DNA of 64,000 nucleotides from Octopus sinensis (Eukaryota). The translations under genes and the position numbers were made by a program. The stretch's first letter is position 1, and each line of letters starts with the position of its first letter. Shown piece by piece: positions 28,200 through 40,371 of the stretch. The stretch covers positions 69,192,001 through 69,256,000 of the forward strand of contig NC_043001.1 in assembly GCF_006345805.1 (NCBI RefSeq), given 5' to 3'. The notes below the pieces were generated by a model, which made no database searches, was not told the origin of the DNA, and saw nothing but the letters and a program-made list of their open reading frames with translations.

Positions 28200-29430
28200 A
28201 ATTATCATCTGAACACAACTGTTGTATAGTTTTCTTTTACAATAGCTGAGATATTTTGATTTGAAGTAATTTTCGTGGTTACTTTCAATTTTTTTGTCAC
28301 TTAAAACTACATTACATTTTTCATAGCAAATGCGTTTAAATGGCGTTCTCACCAAAAGACTCTTCTCGAAGTGAACATTCGTTTGAACCAAATTAATCAA
28401 TAAATAACTGATATTTTGATTCCAGTTTAATTTTTTCTCATTTTCTCCCATTTTTGATCTCATTCATTTTGACTGAACTGCTTTTTAATAAACTAAATTT
28501 CAATTATTTTATCTCAGAATGTAGCATACAATGGGCCATCATTGCAATAAAAGTAAAAACGCATTCAGGTTGGTTGAAGTCTGAATTACTGAAGAAGCCT
28601 AGAAATGCTCACGTAAAATTAAAAGGCGACCTTAAGAATATATTACCCACTGCCATGGGTGAATGATAAAGGTATACTTTTCAGTTTCGTTTGAAAAGTG
28701 AATTAGTAATGACGTTTAGAAGAGCTTGCGTATGAATAAAATTTGACCTTAAAAATAACTTTGAAGGACTGGGTGAGTTGGTATTTTACAAAAAGTAAAA
28801 GAAATCTTGTACTCAGAATAGCAATGAAAACAACATAAAAGATCGGATAAGTACCTGTAGAAAATGTGAAAAGCAGTTCTACCTAGCCAGAGAATATCAA
28901 GCACCAGTTAAATGCTCAGTACCAGTAAACTAAGCGATCCATAACGTCAATTACTGTTTTTTATGACTCTAAATATCTTAACATGAGAAAACATACTTTG
29001 ATTTGTTAAAATGACCATTTTTTCATCACTTAAAGCCACACAACTCTTTTGGAGCTAATACTTTTTGAATAGGCTTTCACCATAAGAATCATATCATAGG
29101 GTTTTTCCTTTGAAACAACTATTATATAGTGTTCTTTTACAATAGCTGTGATAGTTTGGTTCAAAGTCCATTTGGTGGGGCTACTTACTATTTTTTCATT
29201 ACTTAAAGCCGCACTACTTTTTTCGTAGCTACTACTTGTTAACGAGGTTTACACCAAAAGATTCATCTCAATGAGCACAATTCTTTGAAACTCAATTAAC
29301 ACATAATTTTATTGTAAAATAATTTGAATATTTTGATTCAGATTAAATTTTTCGTCTTACTCATTTTTGACCCCATACATTTTGACTTAACTTTTTAATG
29401 AATCTACTTTCAATTATTTTACCTCAAACT
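28200..29430. repeat. Degenerate ~174-bp repeat units (28.2-28.5 kb and tandem at 29.0-29.4 kb)
   Basis: Anchors ACTTAAA at 28299, 29028 and 29201; TTTGAAAC at 29109 and 29284. Confidence 0.7.
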
Positions 29431-29816
29431 GGACCATCATTTCTAAATCAGATAGCCTATGAGAAAGTGCATCCGGGAGGCTTTCTGCTTATTGAATTAT
29501 TGGGAGACCGTTTTGGCAATTATTAGTTTGACCTCTCTTCATGTTGTCAAGCTAATGTGTCGATGAGTGTTCTCCTTTCCGATGCCATGCAAATACCAAC
29601 GGAGGATTATCGCGACATTTTATGGCATCCGGCGAATTATACTACTTAGGTAAATCTAAAAAGCGTCTATATTTATGATTGACACATAGGTCCCTTATGG
29701 TAGTGGTATCCCCATTACTTGCTAATTCTAAGTGTAACGTTCATTGAGATATATATATATATATATATACAGTGCATACACACGTACACATGCATACACA
29801 CACACAGATATACACA

Positions 29817-29866
<50 letters not shown>

Positions 29867-30059
29867 CTATTTATATTGCCGTTGGTGAATATATTCTTAA
29901 GGTCAACTTTTAGTTACTCGTGAGCACTTCCAGGTTTCATCACAAATTCAGTTCTCGTAGATCTTTTACAAGTTATCTGGTAATACAAACATTTCTTGTT
30001 CTTTCTGCTGTTTGTACAGCAGAAAAAAATGTTTATATTACTAGATAACTAACAAGTTA

Positions 30060-31200
30060 GCTTGCTGGTGTGACCACAGGTTGATCAGGAGCACTATGAC
30101 GACTATGTTATCTGCAGTCATGATAACACAGACTCTGGACAAAGCTCTTGACATTATGTCAGACGACGCATTGCGTATTGAACATTACTGGGCGACCTTA
30201 AACCATCTTACCAACAGCTTTGTTAAGCATAAATATCAAAGCCGGCTGGATTACTCTGCTCATATAGAGTATATCTAAGCCAAGTCATCAACAGGAACTA
30301 AGACCACGTACCCTCAGGCAAAACACTCCCTATAAATCAGACTGAGAGCCCCGAAGAAAATGTAAAAGAGAGCGTCTGAACAAATAGTTGCTAACAAATA
30401 TGTCGTAAAAACCTACTAAGTTCACAAATCCATTACTACAGCGGTAGGTTTCATAACATATGTCATTAGGCTTCTTACAGAGAAGAATGATATTTTTTCT
30501 TCAGAAGAGCACTGCAACACAATCCTATTAAATTTCAATAGTAAAAAATGAGAGAGCTGATTTCGTCCTACGCTGTTTTGGATCAGCTTGACGTGGAACC
30601 ATCCCTGTCAAAACTAAGGAAAGTCATGAGGTAACTGTTCTTGAAAAAGTTAAGAAGGTCAGGCGGCATACCAGACATGTCTAAAAGTATGGCGGATCTC
30701 ACCAGGTTAAAAAAAATCACCCGGTTATAAAAACTTGCCGAGCTTTTGCAGAACATATCAAAGCAAAATATCTCGCAAGGCCACAAAGATACCTCCATAA
30801 ATTTCATAATAGATCTTTAGAAATGAAAAGTCAATAAGTGCTGTTACGTACACCCATTGTAGAATACCACTCCTCTCCACGGCCAGTGTCATGCTCAAAA
30901 GTCATTATTTACAAAGTAGATGTAGTATACCTTGAATCACATTGCTGTTTTTGTGGTTATCGAGAAGCAATTGATATGATATTCGCTGCAAGCTAGGATC
31001 AGAATTCCAAGTAACAGAACCAGGACCTTTATATGATATTTGATGATTTAACAAATGTCTTAGACACGGTAAAGCGTGATTTTCTCTGAAAAGTTCTGTT
31101 CATGTTTGGCTGCTCAACTAAAATATGATCAAAGTAATGAACTTCTTCTACAATAGAATGATGGCCACTTTTGATACTTTACGTTTAAAAGAGGACCCAA
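30060..31200 (+). mobile_element. Highly decayed RTE-clade ORF remnant (APE end to RT N-half)
   Basis: Spaced motif relics in the right order: DHRLIRSTM, EPSL, GIP..KYGG, LLSTA, ESHCCF, IDMIFAA, NQDLYMIFDDLTNVLDTV, FGC. Confidence 0.6.
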
Positions 31201-31515
31201 GCAGGGCTGTATAATGGCTCTGTACAAGCATTGTATATTCTCTCACACACCATATATTAAATAACGTGTTTCAATCATTGTTACTTACTCTATCACATAA
31301 ACAGTATTTTATCTGGTTATAGCTGAAAATTGAAACCACTTCACAAACATTAATTTTAATAACCCTAACCATGGCAATGATAGAGACACATTATCAAAAT
31401 AAATAAAAGGTTGAAACCTTGAATTACTGGTTAAAACTATGGGATTTCTTCTTCTGGATGTAAAATGGAACATTCATAATCGTGTGGAAATAACGTGTAT
31501 TTCACCTATAATATA

Positions 31516-32006
31516 CGAGGCGCGTTCAAAGAGTATCCGTTTATATTTTCTGACCAAAACTAATTCTGTGTGTGCAAACGTTTTGCATGAGAAATGACTC
31601 ACCTTCCTGTGCATGCATGAAGATTTTTTCGCCTGTACGCAGCGTCAGATCCCAGCTCTTGCGCCTTGTGTACAAGCGTGTAATGCAGGTTCGTCGTCAC
31701 CGAACACATCGAGTAATGATATTGCGTTAAGTTTTGTCAAAAACTTGATGATACTGTAACATCCAGGATATTCAGCAAGCTATGTGTGATGATACCATAG
31801 GCAAAACACAGAGCAAGAAGTAGAACAACCGCTTCAAACATAACCACACCTCAGCAATGAGCGAGACACGCTCAGGCCAACCACCCACAAGTCGAAACGA
31901 GGAGCCGATTGAGAAGGTACAGTGAATAGTCATGGGCGACCATCATGTAACAATTCACAAAATTGCTCATGAAGTGGAAATAAGCACAGGATCAGTGCAT
32001 TCAATT
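31516..32006 (+). mobile_element. Mariner (irritans-like) 5' half
   Basis: TA|CGAGGCGCGTTCAAAGAGTA TIR-like end. Degenerate translation CVKFCQKL...RSGQPPTSRNEE...TIHKIAHEVEISTGSVHSI. Confidence 0.78.
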
Positions 32007-32142
32007 TGTGGATTTGTGCATACAGATAGTATCGTCGAAATTCTCGTGAAGAAAATAAAGTCGGATATATTCTGAATGCACTGACACACACAGACACACA
32101 CACATACATACATGTGTGTACATATATGTAAGTTTGTATGCA

Positions 32143-32173
<31 letters not shown>

Positions 32174-32451
32174 CATATATGTATGTAAGTTAGTATGTAT
32201 GCATATATATATGCACTATATAACACACTGATAAATAAATTATTACAAGAGAGTGAATATGAGATGCTATTATATAAGTACAAAAGTAAGCACCTATGTA
32301 CATGTAATAAAGCATTTGAGAACGATGAATCTTTACTTTTCAATACACAAGTAATGTAAATAAAATATAAGTAAACAATAAAATTAATATTCAAAACTTA
32401 CGCGCGGTTATAAGCTTAACATCGATAAGTTAAAATGGATAGAAAATGTTT

Positions 32452-32457
32452 ACTTAC
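32452..32457 (-). promoter_or_regulatory. 5' splice donor of the receptor exon
   Basis: Minus strand reads TAT TAT GAG|GTAAGTA, a consensus donor, exactly where GPCR homology ends. Confidence 0.9.
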
Positions 32458-33063
32458 CTCATAATAGACGGCACCTGGCATTACCGTGACAGCCACTAAT
32501 AGATCAGCTAAAGCCAGTGAACATATAAAGTAGTTTGTCGCACACTTTAAACTACGTTCTCGGTACACACTCATTACGACTAGAACATTCCCAAAAACAG
32601 TTAAAAGGGGAAACACAGCGAGTATGAGTTTCCAGTATTTTAAAGCTGCTTCCTCCGAGGATGCGAACTCGTTGTATGTAGAATTCCAGCAGATACTGTC
32701 ATTCCAGTCACAAAACCATATACTATCGTTGTATATCACCAGGGAATCGGTTGTCATTGATGAAGCATTGCTAACGGCAGAAGAGTTATGTAAAGTGGAA
32801 AGATTTGTAGTGGAAACATGGTTTCCGGGTATGCCGTTTGCATCGTGCACATGCCTTCGTGGTGACTCTCCTACACCTGATAAAATATCAACAGGATCTG
32901 TACCAAGAAGTCCTTCAAAAAAGTCAGGGGATGGCGGGGTTTCTGGTTCTTTATTATCGGACGGTGCAAATAGTTTTTCAAGAAGTTTACTTCCTCCATT
33001 ATATGTCACCGTGGCCATTTTGGTGGTTAAAGTTTGAACGGAGGAAGTTTTGTAAAAATCCAT
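32458..33063 (-). CDS. Dop2R: First coding exon of a D2-like dopamine receptor (class A aminergic GPCR): long N-terminus, TM1, ICL1, TM2
   Basis: Translation [61 protein letters not shown] matches the TM1 (GN), ICL1 and TM2 (SLAxAD, VMP) signature of D2-like receptors (YW..L..FP.LT.FGN.LV..SV.RERSL). 202 codons, phase-0 end at GAG|GTAAGT. An alternative in-frame ATG at 33018 also has AAAATGG context. The ORF-track tail (VSKHF...) is intron read-through. Confidence 0.88.
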
Positions 33064-36025
33064 TTTGTAAAGTATCGTTGCAGTAAGTAAATGGGCAAAT
33101 AGATTTCAATAGTTTTGTATTGGAAAATAACAAATGAGCATTCATATGCACATCTAACAACGGTACATTATATCCATAAGACTGTCTTTTATTCCGTTTG
33201 TTTTACTTCCCAATATATCTGATGGTTTGATATCCGTTAGAGCGAATTTTTCTGGATTGTAATAAAGAAAGAAATGCAAAATAATTTCAGGTTTTGTATT
33301 GGAAGTAGTTTTAGGAATACGGAACAAAAATTGAGAGGAAAACTGCAACTTTGGTTATGATTACGTAGAATATTAATGAAGGAATAAAACATATATACCC
33401 TGTTCTTTCAACGAAATTATTTCACTAAAATTTAGGACAGTGTATAAAAATATAAATGTTGATGTTTATATATATTTGTTCATGTCATTACTTTTACTAA
33501 CCATATTTCAAAAGGATAAATTTTATGTGTAGGGGAAGTAGCAGTCGATAAATTATTTCGAGAAAATTAAAAGAGGTTTATGGTTTAGTTATCAGATTAC
33601 GATATATTTCAAAATAAAACCCGTTTATATATAATGGCTACACGATTTCATACAAATACTTTCATCTTTAACGATACTTGCCGTCTTCGTCGTCGACGTC
33701 TCTTTTACTTTGATAAAAGACGACATTGGACATATATGACGTTAGCTAAACTGAATTTCGTTCTGATTGATTAAATCATGTATAGTCCGAAAACTCGGTT
33801 TTCTGCAACTGTTCCTTTTACAAGCAACATTATCAGCGGGTCTTCCCATTAGAGTAGAAGAAACGGGATTATTAATACGCAAAACAATAGAAACGTCTAA
33901 ACTTCCATGTGGAGATATTGTCTTCCAAGATGAGGTTAAAACCAATTTGAAGAAGTAAACGTGGTTAGATATCGATGGTGGCTAATTTTTAAAGATTTTC
34001 TCGGTGAGCTCTTTGGTGCGATTTTCTGTTTCAACCGCAACATGACTTAGTGACTTTTTTATGGTGATATATCAACATTAGCACTGAAATTCTCTGTTGA
34101 TATTATATTCAATTATCAGTAAATCTCTCACTGATATAAATAATATATAAAATGCAATTCAAGAAAGAGATTGCTGCAGATTAAAATTTCCTATTACGAT
34201 ATTCACTCCGCTTCCAACCTTTTCGTATATCGCTTTATCTAAAACACCGTTCGTTTTTTAATTTTTTTTCTGATGAATGTTCTTTCCGACAACTTAAATG
34301 CCATTAAAATCAATCAAGATTATCTAATAAGAACGATCTAAAATCATCTACAAGGAAAGATATGACTATAAATACGCTCTGTTTAAAGATGATTTCTCTA
34401 CAATTTTACTTCTATCATTAACAGATAGATTAGTGTTACGAATATAAAACAATTTTATAGAAGAGAGATCAAATTATTGTTACGGTAATTCTCATAAATA
34501 AATAGTTCTATACTTTACAAAATATATTCATGGTTTTAAAAAATATTTCTTTAGTGAAAATAATCCTATATTTAATATTGTGTTAAATAGACTAATATGT
34601 AAAGCAGTTGCTGATGTAGACCTTTAATTGATTAGGAGAATAAAAATAATTAATGACAATCTAATAGAATAAGCAGCCTTCACTCACCTTAATACCTATC
34701 ACTCACCAATCCACAAATTTTGAGCCACAAGAAATCCCTTGGAAAATTAAGGCGATTAAAACTATTTAAAGTGTGTTTGGACTCAACAATTAACAAACAT
34801 TTAATCTGGATCAGGTTCTAAATATTTAAATCAAATATTCATTCGATCTAGACGAAAATGGTAAATGTAAATATTTTAATTTGGTCAATTGTAAATAGAT
34901 GACCAATGATTTTCGTTCAGTTCAAAAAGATTTGGTATCAATTTTGGACAGAGAAAAGAATTACAGGAAAATCTATTTATATAATACATTTGGGAAAAAT
35001 ATTCGACAAAACTTTATGAAAATATCTACAAACCATATAAACTGTAAGCATGTAATTGGTTAGTTGCTTACTAAAATCACCAAAGACGGATATTACAAAC
35101 TATTTTCTACATATAGAGCATTTTACTGCGATCAAGCTGGGGCACTGCTATGAACATGTAGATTTTTAGAAACCCAGTAACTTAATTCCAGGAAGGGCTT
35201 CTCTAACTTTAAGTAAAGTTTTTTCTCAACAGTTTAAATAATGTTGTATTTCTTCAAAATTTATTTTGTGTTCCAAAGAAATATATGTATTAGTTGTAAT
35301 GGAAATGCAAATTTGCAAAATTGAATCAAGATTTCACATCACTATAAAATCTTTAGTCGAGTTTTCACACAATCTTTCATATTAAAATATCAACTATTTT
35401 CTTTTTGCAATGCCATCAAAATATGGATGTTGGCAGATGTCTAGTTCTCCTTCTGTATTCCTAAATACATACATATATATGTGTATAGGTATATATAACT
35501 GTATCGGGCTCCGGTCACTAACATTTGTTTTCAGTGAAGCATAAATATCCATCCACACGTTATGTTGTGTTCAGTTTACATCCACAATAGTTTCGTAAGT
35601 AAGGAAAGTTATCCTGTAGATATTGTCTTAGATCATTTCCTTCGATTGGTAATCTTGCAACATCAACTGATTATAGTATATTCAGTATAAGAACAATTTA
35701 GCTTCAAATATTTAGCTCTTCTTTCATTGATGCTGTCTTTCTGAAAGCAAAACAAATGTATAGATAAAATAGTATCCAGTGATATATTAAACAATGAATT
35801 TAATAAATATATTATTCTAATGGAAATACATGCACAAAATGTTTATAAGAACGTGAAATAATTCAAACTAATATTTACTTGCTATTATTTATGATATTTA
35901 TGTGCTTCGAAACCCAATTATAAAAAAATCATTAATTCTCAATTACTTCAAAGTTTATATATTCTTGTGACGTCAAATGCGCCCTATTCTCGCTGGCAAG
36001 AATAAACTTATACATATACTTGTCT

Positions 36026-36085
<60 letters not shown>

Positions 36086-36815
36086 GTATATGCGTGTGTA
36101 TGAGTTATCCAGCGTACGAATATATGTATCACTATGTAATTAACTTTCATCTTTTGTACCAATCATTGGACTGAGGCCATGCTAGGGGACTACATTGAAA
36201 GCTTTAATCGACTAAAATCAAGAACAATACTGCGAACTTACTGTAAACAAAATCAAGAACAATACTGTAAACAAAGCAACATTGGTCATCAAGCACTCGT
36301 ATATATGTGTGTATAAATATATAAATATGTATAGTAAAGAATACGGATAATATATCCAGGCGGTCACGGAAAATAGATGCAGGTGGTTACGGATAATAGA
36401 TTCAAATGCATCGCATTATACAGAATAACTCTCCCCTAAATAAGATATAAAACTCTCAGAATCATTATACTCTAGTTAGCTTCCAAGTCTTCAGATTACA
36501 TCACCTTGAATAAAGCTGCATGGGTTTATAAATACGATGAAATGTGAAAGCAGCCAAACCGCCAGGATTCAAATGAGCGCCACTTAATAGGATATCGATG
36601 TAGCAGTAACACATGTTGGACATAGGTTTAAAGAGAATATACTGTATAAAAGACCGTATGAGTCTAAATGAAGCTGCACAGAAAATTATGCCCGATTGTA
36701 TGTGCAGTGAAAACACGTGTATGTAGTAATAACCTTACAATATGGTTTATGAAATAGTAAAATAAAGAGATTTAAAATTTTGAGAATGAACATGTCTCAA
36801 CATTTAATATCGTCT

Positions 36816-36819
<4 letters not shown>

Positions 36820-36900
<81 letters not shown>
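36820..36900. repeat. (TA)n microsatellite, one of more than 20 (TA)n/(CA)n tracts; also (CTAT)n at 38245-38335 and (TACC)n at about 15275-15370
   Basis: Direct reading. Confidence 0.98.
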
Positions 36901-37159
36901 GTACAACTCCACATTATGGAACGCAAAGAAAACCAACAAAGATCTTTAAACATTTAAATCAAATGATATTAAAGTGAAGACACTAAAGTAACTGTACCGG
37001 TACAATAGTAAGGTTACAATTGCAACGGTTACTAATCGGTGCATTAGAAACATGTGTAGGTCTATTTGAAGCTGTATCTATATATATACCGGAGTAAATA
37101 CATAAATGTGAAACAAGGTGGTAAAAAGAGTACTCAAATACCAGTGGTAGATTAATATG

Positions 37160-37317
37160 CTTTATTTAAAGCAGCAGAAAATTCAACAAAACCTGTTACT
37201 CTGAGTTTCCCGTTGCCGTTCATCGGACAGTTTTTTCTAGCAAAATCTGTCCGATGAACGGCAACGGGAAACTCAGAGTAACAGGTTTTGTTGAATTTTC
37301 TGCTGCTTTAAATAAAG
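37160..37317. repeat. Perfect 71-bp inverted repeat with 16-nt spacer
   Basis: 37160-37230 is the exact reverse complement of 37247-37317 (checked base by base). The spacer is centred on CTAG. Confidence 0.97.
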
Positions 37318-37386
<69 letters not shown>

Positions 37387-37433
37387 GAATTAAAGTTTTT
37401 TTTTATTTAAACAAAGTAACCCTAAAATTTAAT

Positions 37434-37505
37434 CAGCTTCATCAGGTGTCTTGGGGAAACTTCGAACGTGGATTCTCATTCCTATGGTATTTTTCGATGT
37501 TGTTG

Positions 37506-37552
<47 letters not shown>

Positions 37553-37566
37553 TATTATTATTATTA
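37434..37566 (-). mobile_element. Inverted partial copy of the same (TAA)n and tail, truncated inside the hammerhead
   Basis: Minus strand reads (AAT)n-CAACATCGAAAAATACCATAGGAATGAGAA...CCAAGACACCTGATGAAGCTG, homologous to 37750-37812. Confidence 0.8.
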
Positions 37567-37573
37567 TGCCCGT

Positions 37574-37651
37574 GGGCATATGGCGTAGTGGTTAAGAGCG
37601 CAGCTACTAAGCCCAAGATTCCGAGTTCAATTCTTGGCAGTGACCTGAATA

Positions 37652-37718
<67 letters not shown>

Positions 37719-37890
37719 CAACAATTATAATATTAATAACAATAATAAGAACAACAACATCGAAAAATACCTTAGGAATGAGAACCCAGCTCAAGACACC
37801 TGATGAAATCTGGAGGATATATCAGCCGAAACGTTGTGTCAACAACAAAAAAGATGAGGACAGATATCCGTCAGTTGTAAATAATGAAAA
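37574..37890 (+). mobile_element. Composite SINE-like unit: tRNA-derived head, (TAA)n, hammerhead-bearing tail
   Basis: A box TGGCGTAGTGG (37581-37591), B box GTTCAATTC (37625-37633), TAA array about 37648-37755, then a tail containing the hammerhead fold. Confidence 0.65.
37795..37840 (+). ncRNA. Minimal type I hammerhead ribozyme motif (Penelope/retrozyme type), stem II partly decayed
   Basis: Stem I GACAC/GTGTC (5 bp), core CTGATGA (37800-37806), stem II CTG/CAG, GAAA (37828-37831), palindromic AACGTT in place of stem III, predicted cleavage after GUU (37835). Confidence 0.7.
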
Positions 37891-38267
37891 TAATCTACCC
37901 AAACATAAAGACGGATGAAATGCCGCCAAGCATTGTGCCTGGAGTGGTAACGATTCTGCTAGCTCACCGCCTTTAAAAATAACTTCAGATTTTGCCGCAG
38001 GGCCAGAAATTTCGAGAAAGAGGATAAGTCGATTATATTACTCCAGAGTACTAAGAGTGTGAAAGGCAAAGTTCACTCCGGGGGAATTTGAACTTTGGCA
38101 TAAACTCGAACGAAATGACGCTAAGCATTTTGACCGGCCTGATGGGGATTATATCAGCTCGCCGGCTTGTTAATGTTTAATAATAAAGCCTCAGTGAGGT
38201 ACACGCATTTGGCAGATTTATTGACAGATTGACAGTTTGGAAGTTTACCCTTCTCTATCTATCTATC

Positions 38268-38378
<111 letters not shown>

Positions 38379-39167
38379 TTATGTGTGTATGTGAACATGT
38401 GTGTGTAGCTTTTCTTTATTAAATCTGAAACTCGTCTCGAGATAAAGTCTCCGCTTCAGTTCTAATAAAATAAAAAAATTAATCTAATAGACCTATCCTC
38501 TAAGACTGTTCAACACTTGGTCGTATGTGGTGTAACGTTAGACTTCAAACTCATATGTGGCTAACCAACATAGTAGCTTTACTTTTGTTCCTCAGTCAGA
38601 AAGAAGGTACTTGGTTATCACAGTGACTTTTAAAGTCGCGTTCAGTTCATTATGTCATATGGACAGGGCATGAATAATTCGGTAAGGCACAATGCGTGTT
38701 AAAAACTAGTGTCTGGCGTGCTTTTATCGCATAAAACATATCTTAGCACAAAAAAACATATATAGTGTTTATTAAATAATATTTCTCTCTCACCAGATGG
38801 AGTACCTTTTTTTCTTGATTTTACCAATAGTGATGTAGTACGACCGTTTCAGGCGGCTCCATTTAATTGAACAATGCAATCATTACATCAATCTAAATAC
38901 AGAGCTATCTTCAGCTGCACATATATACGGACCTTCAACAGCAAGGATACATTAATACAATAGCTGATAAATCAAGACTCCAAAACTCTGCTTGAAAGAC
39001 TCTCCTGTATTTTGCTGCTATTGAAAACACACAATGGATATGTTTACACTTTTATCATTTGCCCTCGCAGTCGATTGTGATCCCACCTCTTTCTGTCTTT
39101 CTTTTATTCTCCCTCTGTACACACACATATATACGTACACCGATACATACACTCATATCCACTGACA

Positions 39168-39223
<56 letters not shown>

Positions 39224-39255
39224 TATATATGTATATACATGTTTGTATGTATGTA

Positions 39256-39318
<63 letters not shown>

Positions 39319-40031
39319 GTATATATATATATGTATATATATGTATGTACTTTTATCTGTAGGTATATACACACTTAACTATGGAGGCAGATAAGTTAAT
39401 GAGAGAAATAGTTCGTGACAGATGCTCGGCTATTTTGATATATTCTGTATAATAACACTAATTTTGGAGAAAATGATTGTTGTGTTAACGAAACATATAA
39501 CATCCATTATTAAAAATATCCTGAGAGTATAGATCGATGAGAGTATCATCGGGAAACGTAAGAAACAACATAACAGTCATCTTCGCCCAAGGCACTGAAT
39601 CTCTTCCTATATTAGATGATATTTTTAGAATCTTAAATAGTATTAACGTCTGACACTATTATGAAAAATCTCCGGAGGCAAACGTAATCATTACAGTTAC
39701 ATGAACATCTGTCTCTGTGGTCACTCAACCTTCTATACACGCGCAAGCACTCGTACAGTCAAGCAGTCAGGCGCACGCACAAGTAGACTCACAAGAGTAG
39801 ATGCACACACAGAGGTCAAAATTCTTGTGAATAAGGAGCTATACAATTCAAGACATGGCAAATATAGCTGAGCAAAAATCTTTAGTTACACAAGACGGCG
39901 CTTTTAGTACAAAAATGGTAGTATAGGTGCAACCCTCTATCTAAATATAATATATGATATAATGTAATATAATATATTATTGTATAGTATAGTGCAATTT
40001 ACTATAATTTGATATAATATAATATAGTATA

Positions 40032-40371
40032 TTCGGAGACCCCCTTCGGTCACGACACAGACCATGGGATTGCACCTAGAAAGTTACTCTCCTAGACACA
40101 AGTCCGGGCAAGGTTGTTTATGGAAGATCAGCAGTCGCCCATGCATACCAGCCTCCCCTCTCCACGCCACCAGTGTTATCCAAGGGAAAGACAAAGGTCG
40201 ATACAGCTTGGCACCAGTGACGTCGCAACTCATTTCTACAGCTGAGTGAACTGGAGCAACGTGAAATAAAGTGCCTTGCTCAAGAACACAACACGCAGCC
40301 CGGTCCGGGATTCGAGCTCACAACCTCACGATCGTAAGCTCGACGCTCTAATCACTGAGCCATGCGCCTTC
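40032..40371 (-). mobile_element. tRNA-derived SINE, full length, 12-bp TSD
   Basis: Minus strand A box TGGCTCAGTGA and B box-like GCTCGAATCC. TSD TAATATAGTATA at 40020-40031 and 40372-40383 (low complexity). Confidence 0.82.

Noticed and set aside
37574-37645. SINE heads as real tRNA genes (also 8528, 13761, 40371, 63587)
   Set aside because: No complete cloverleaf or acceptor stem, and each continues into repeat bodies.
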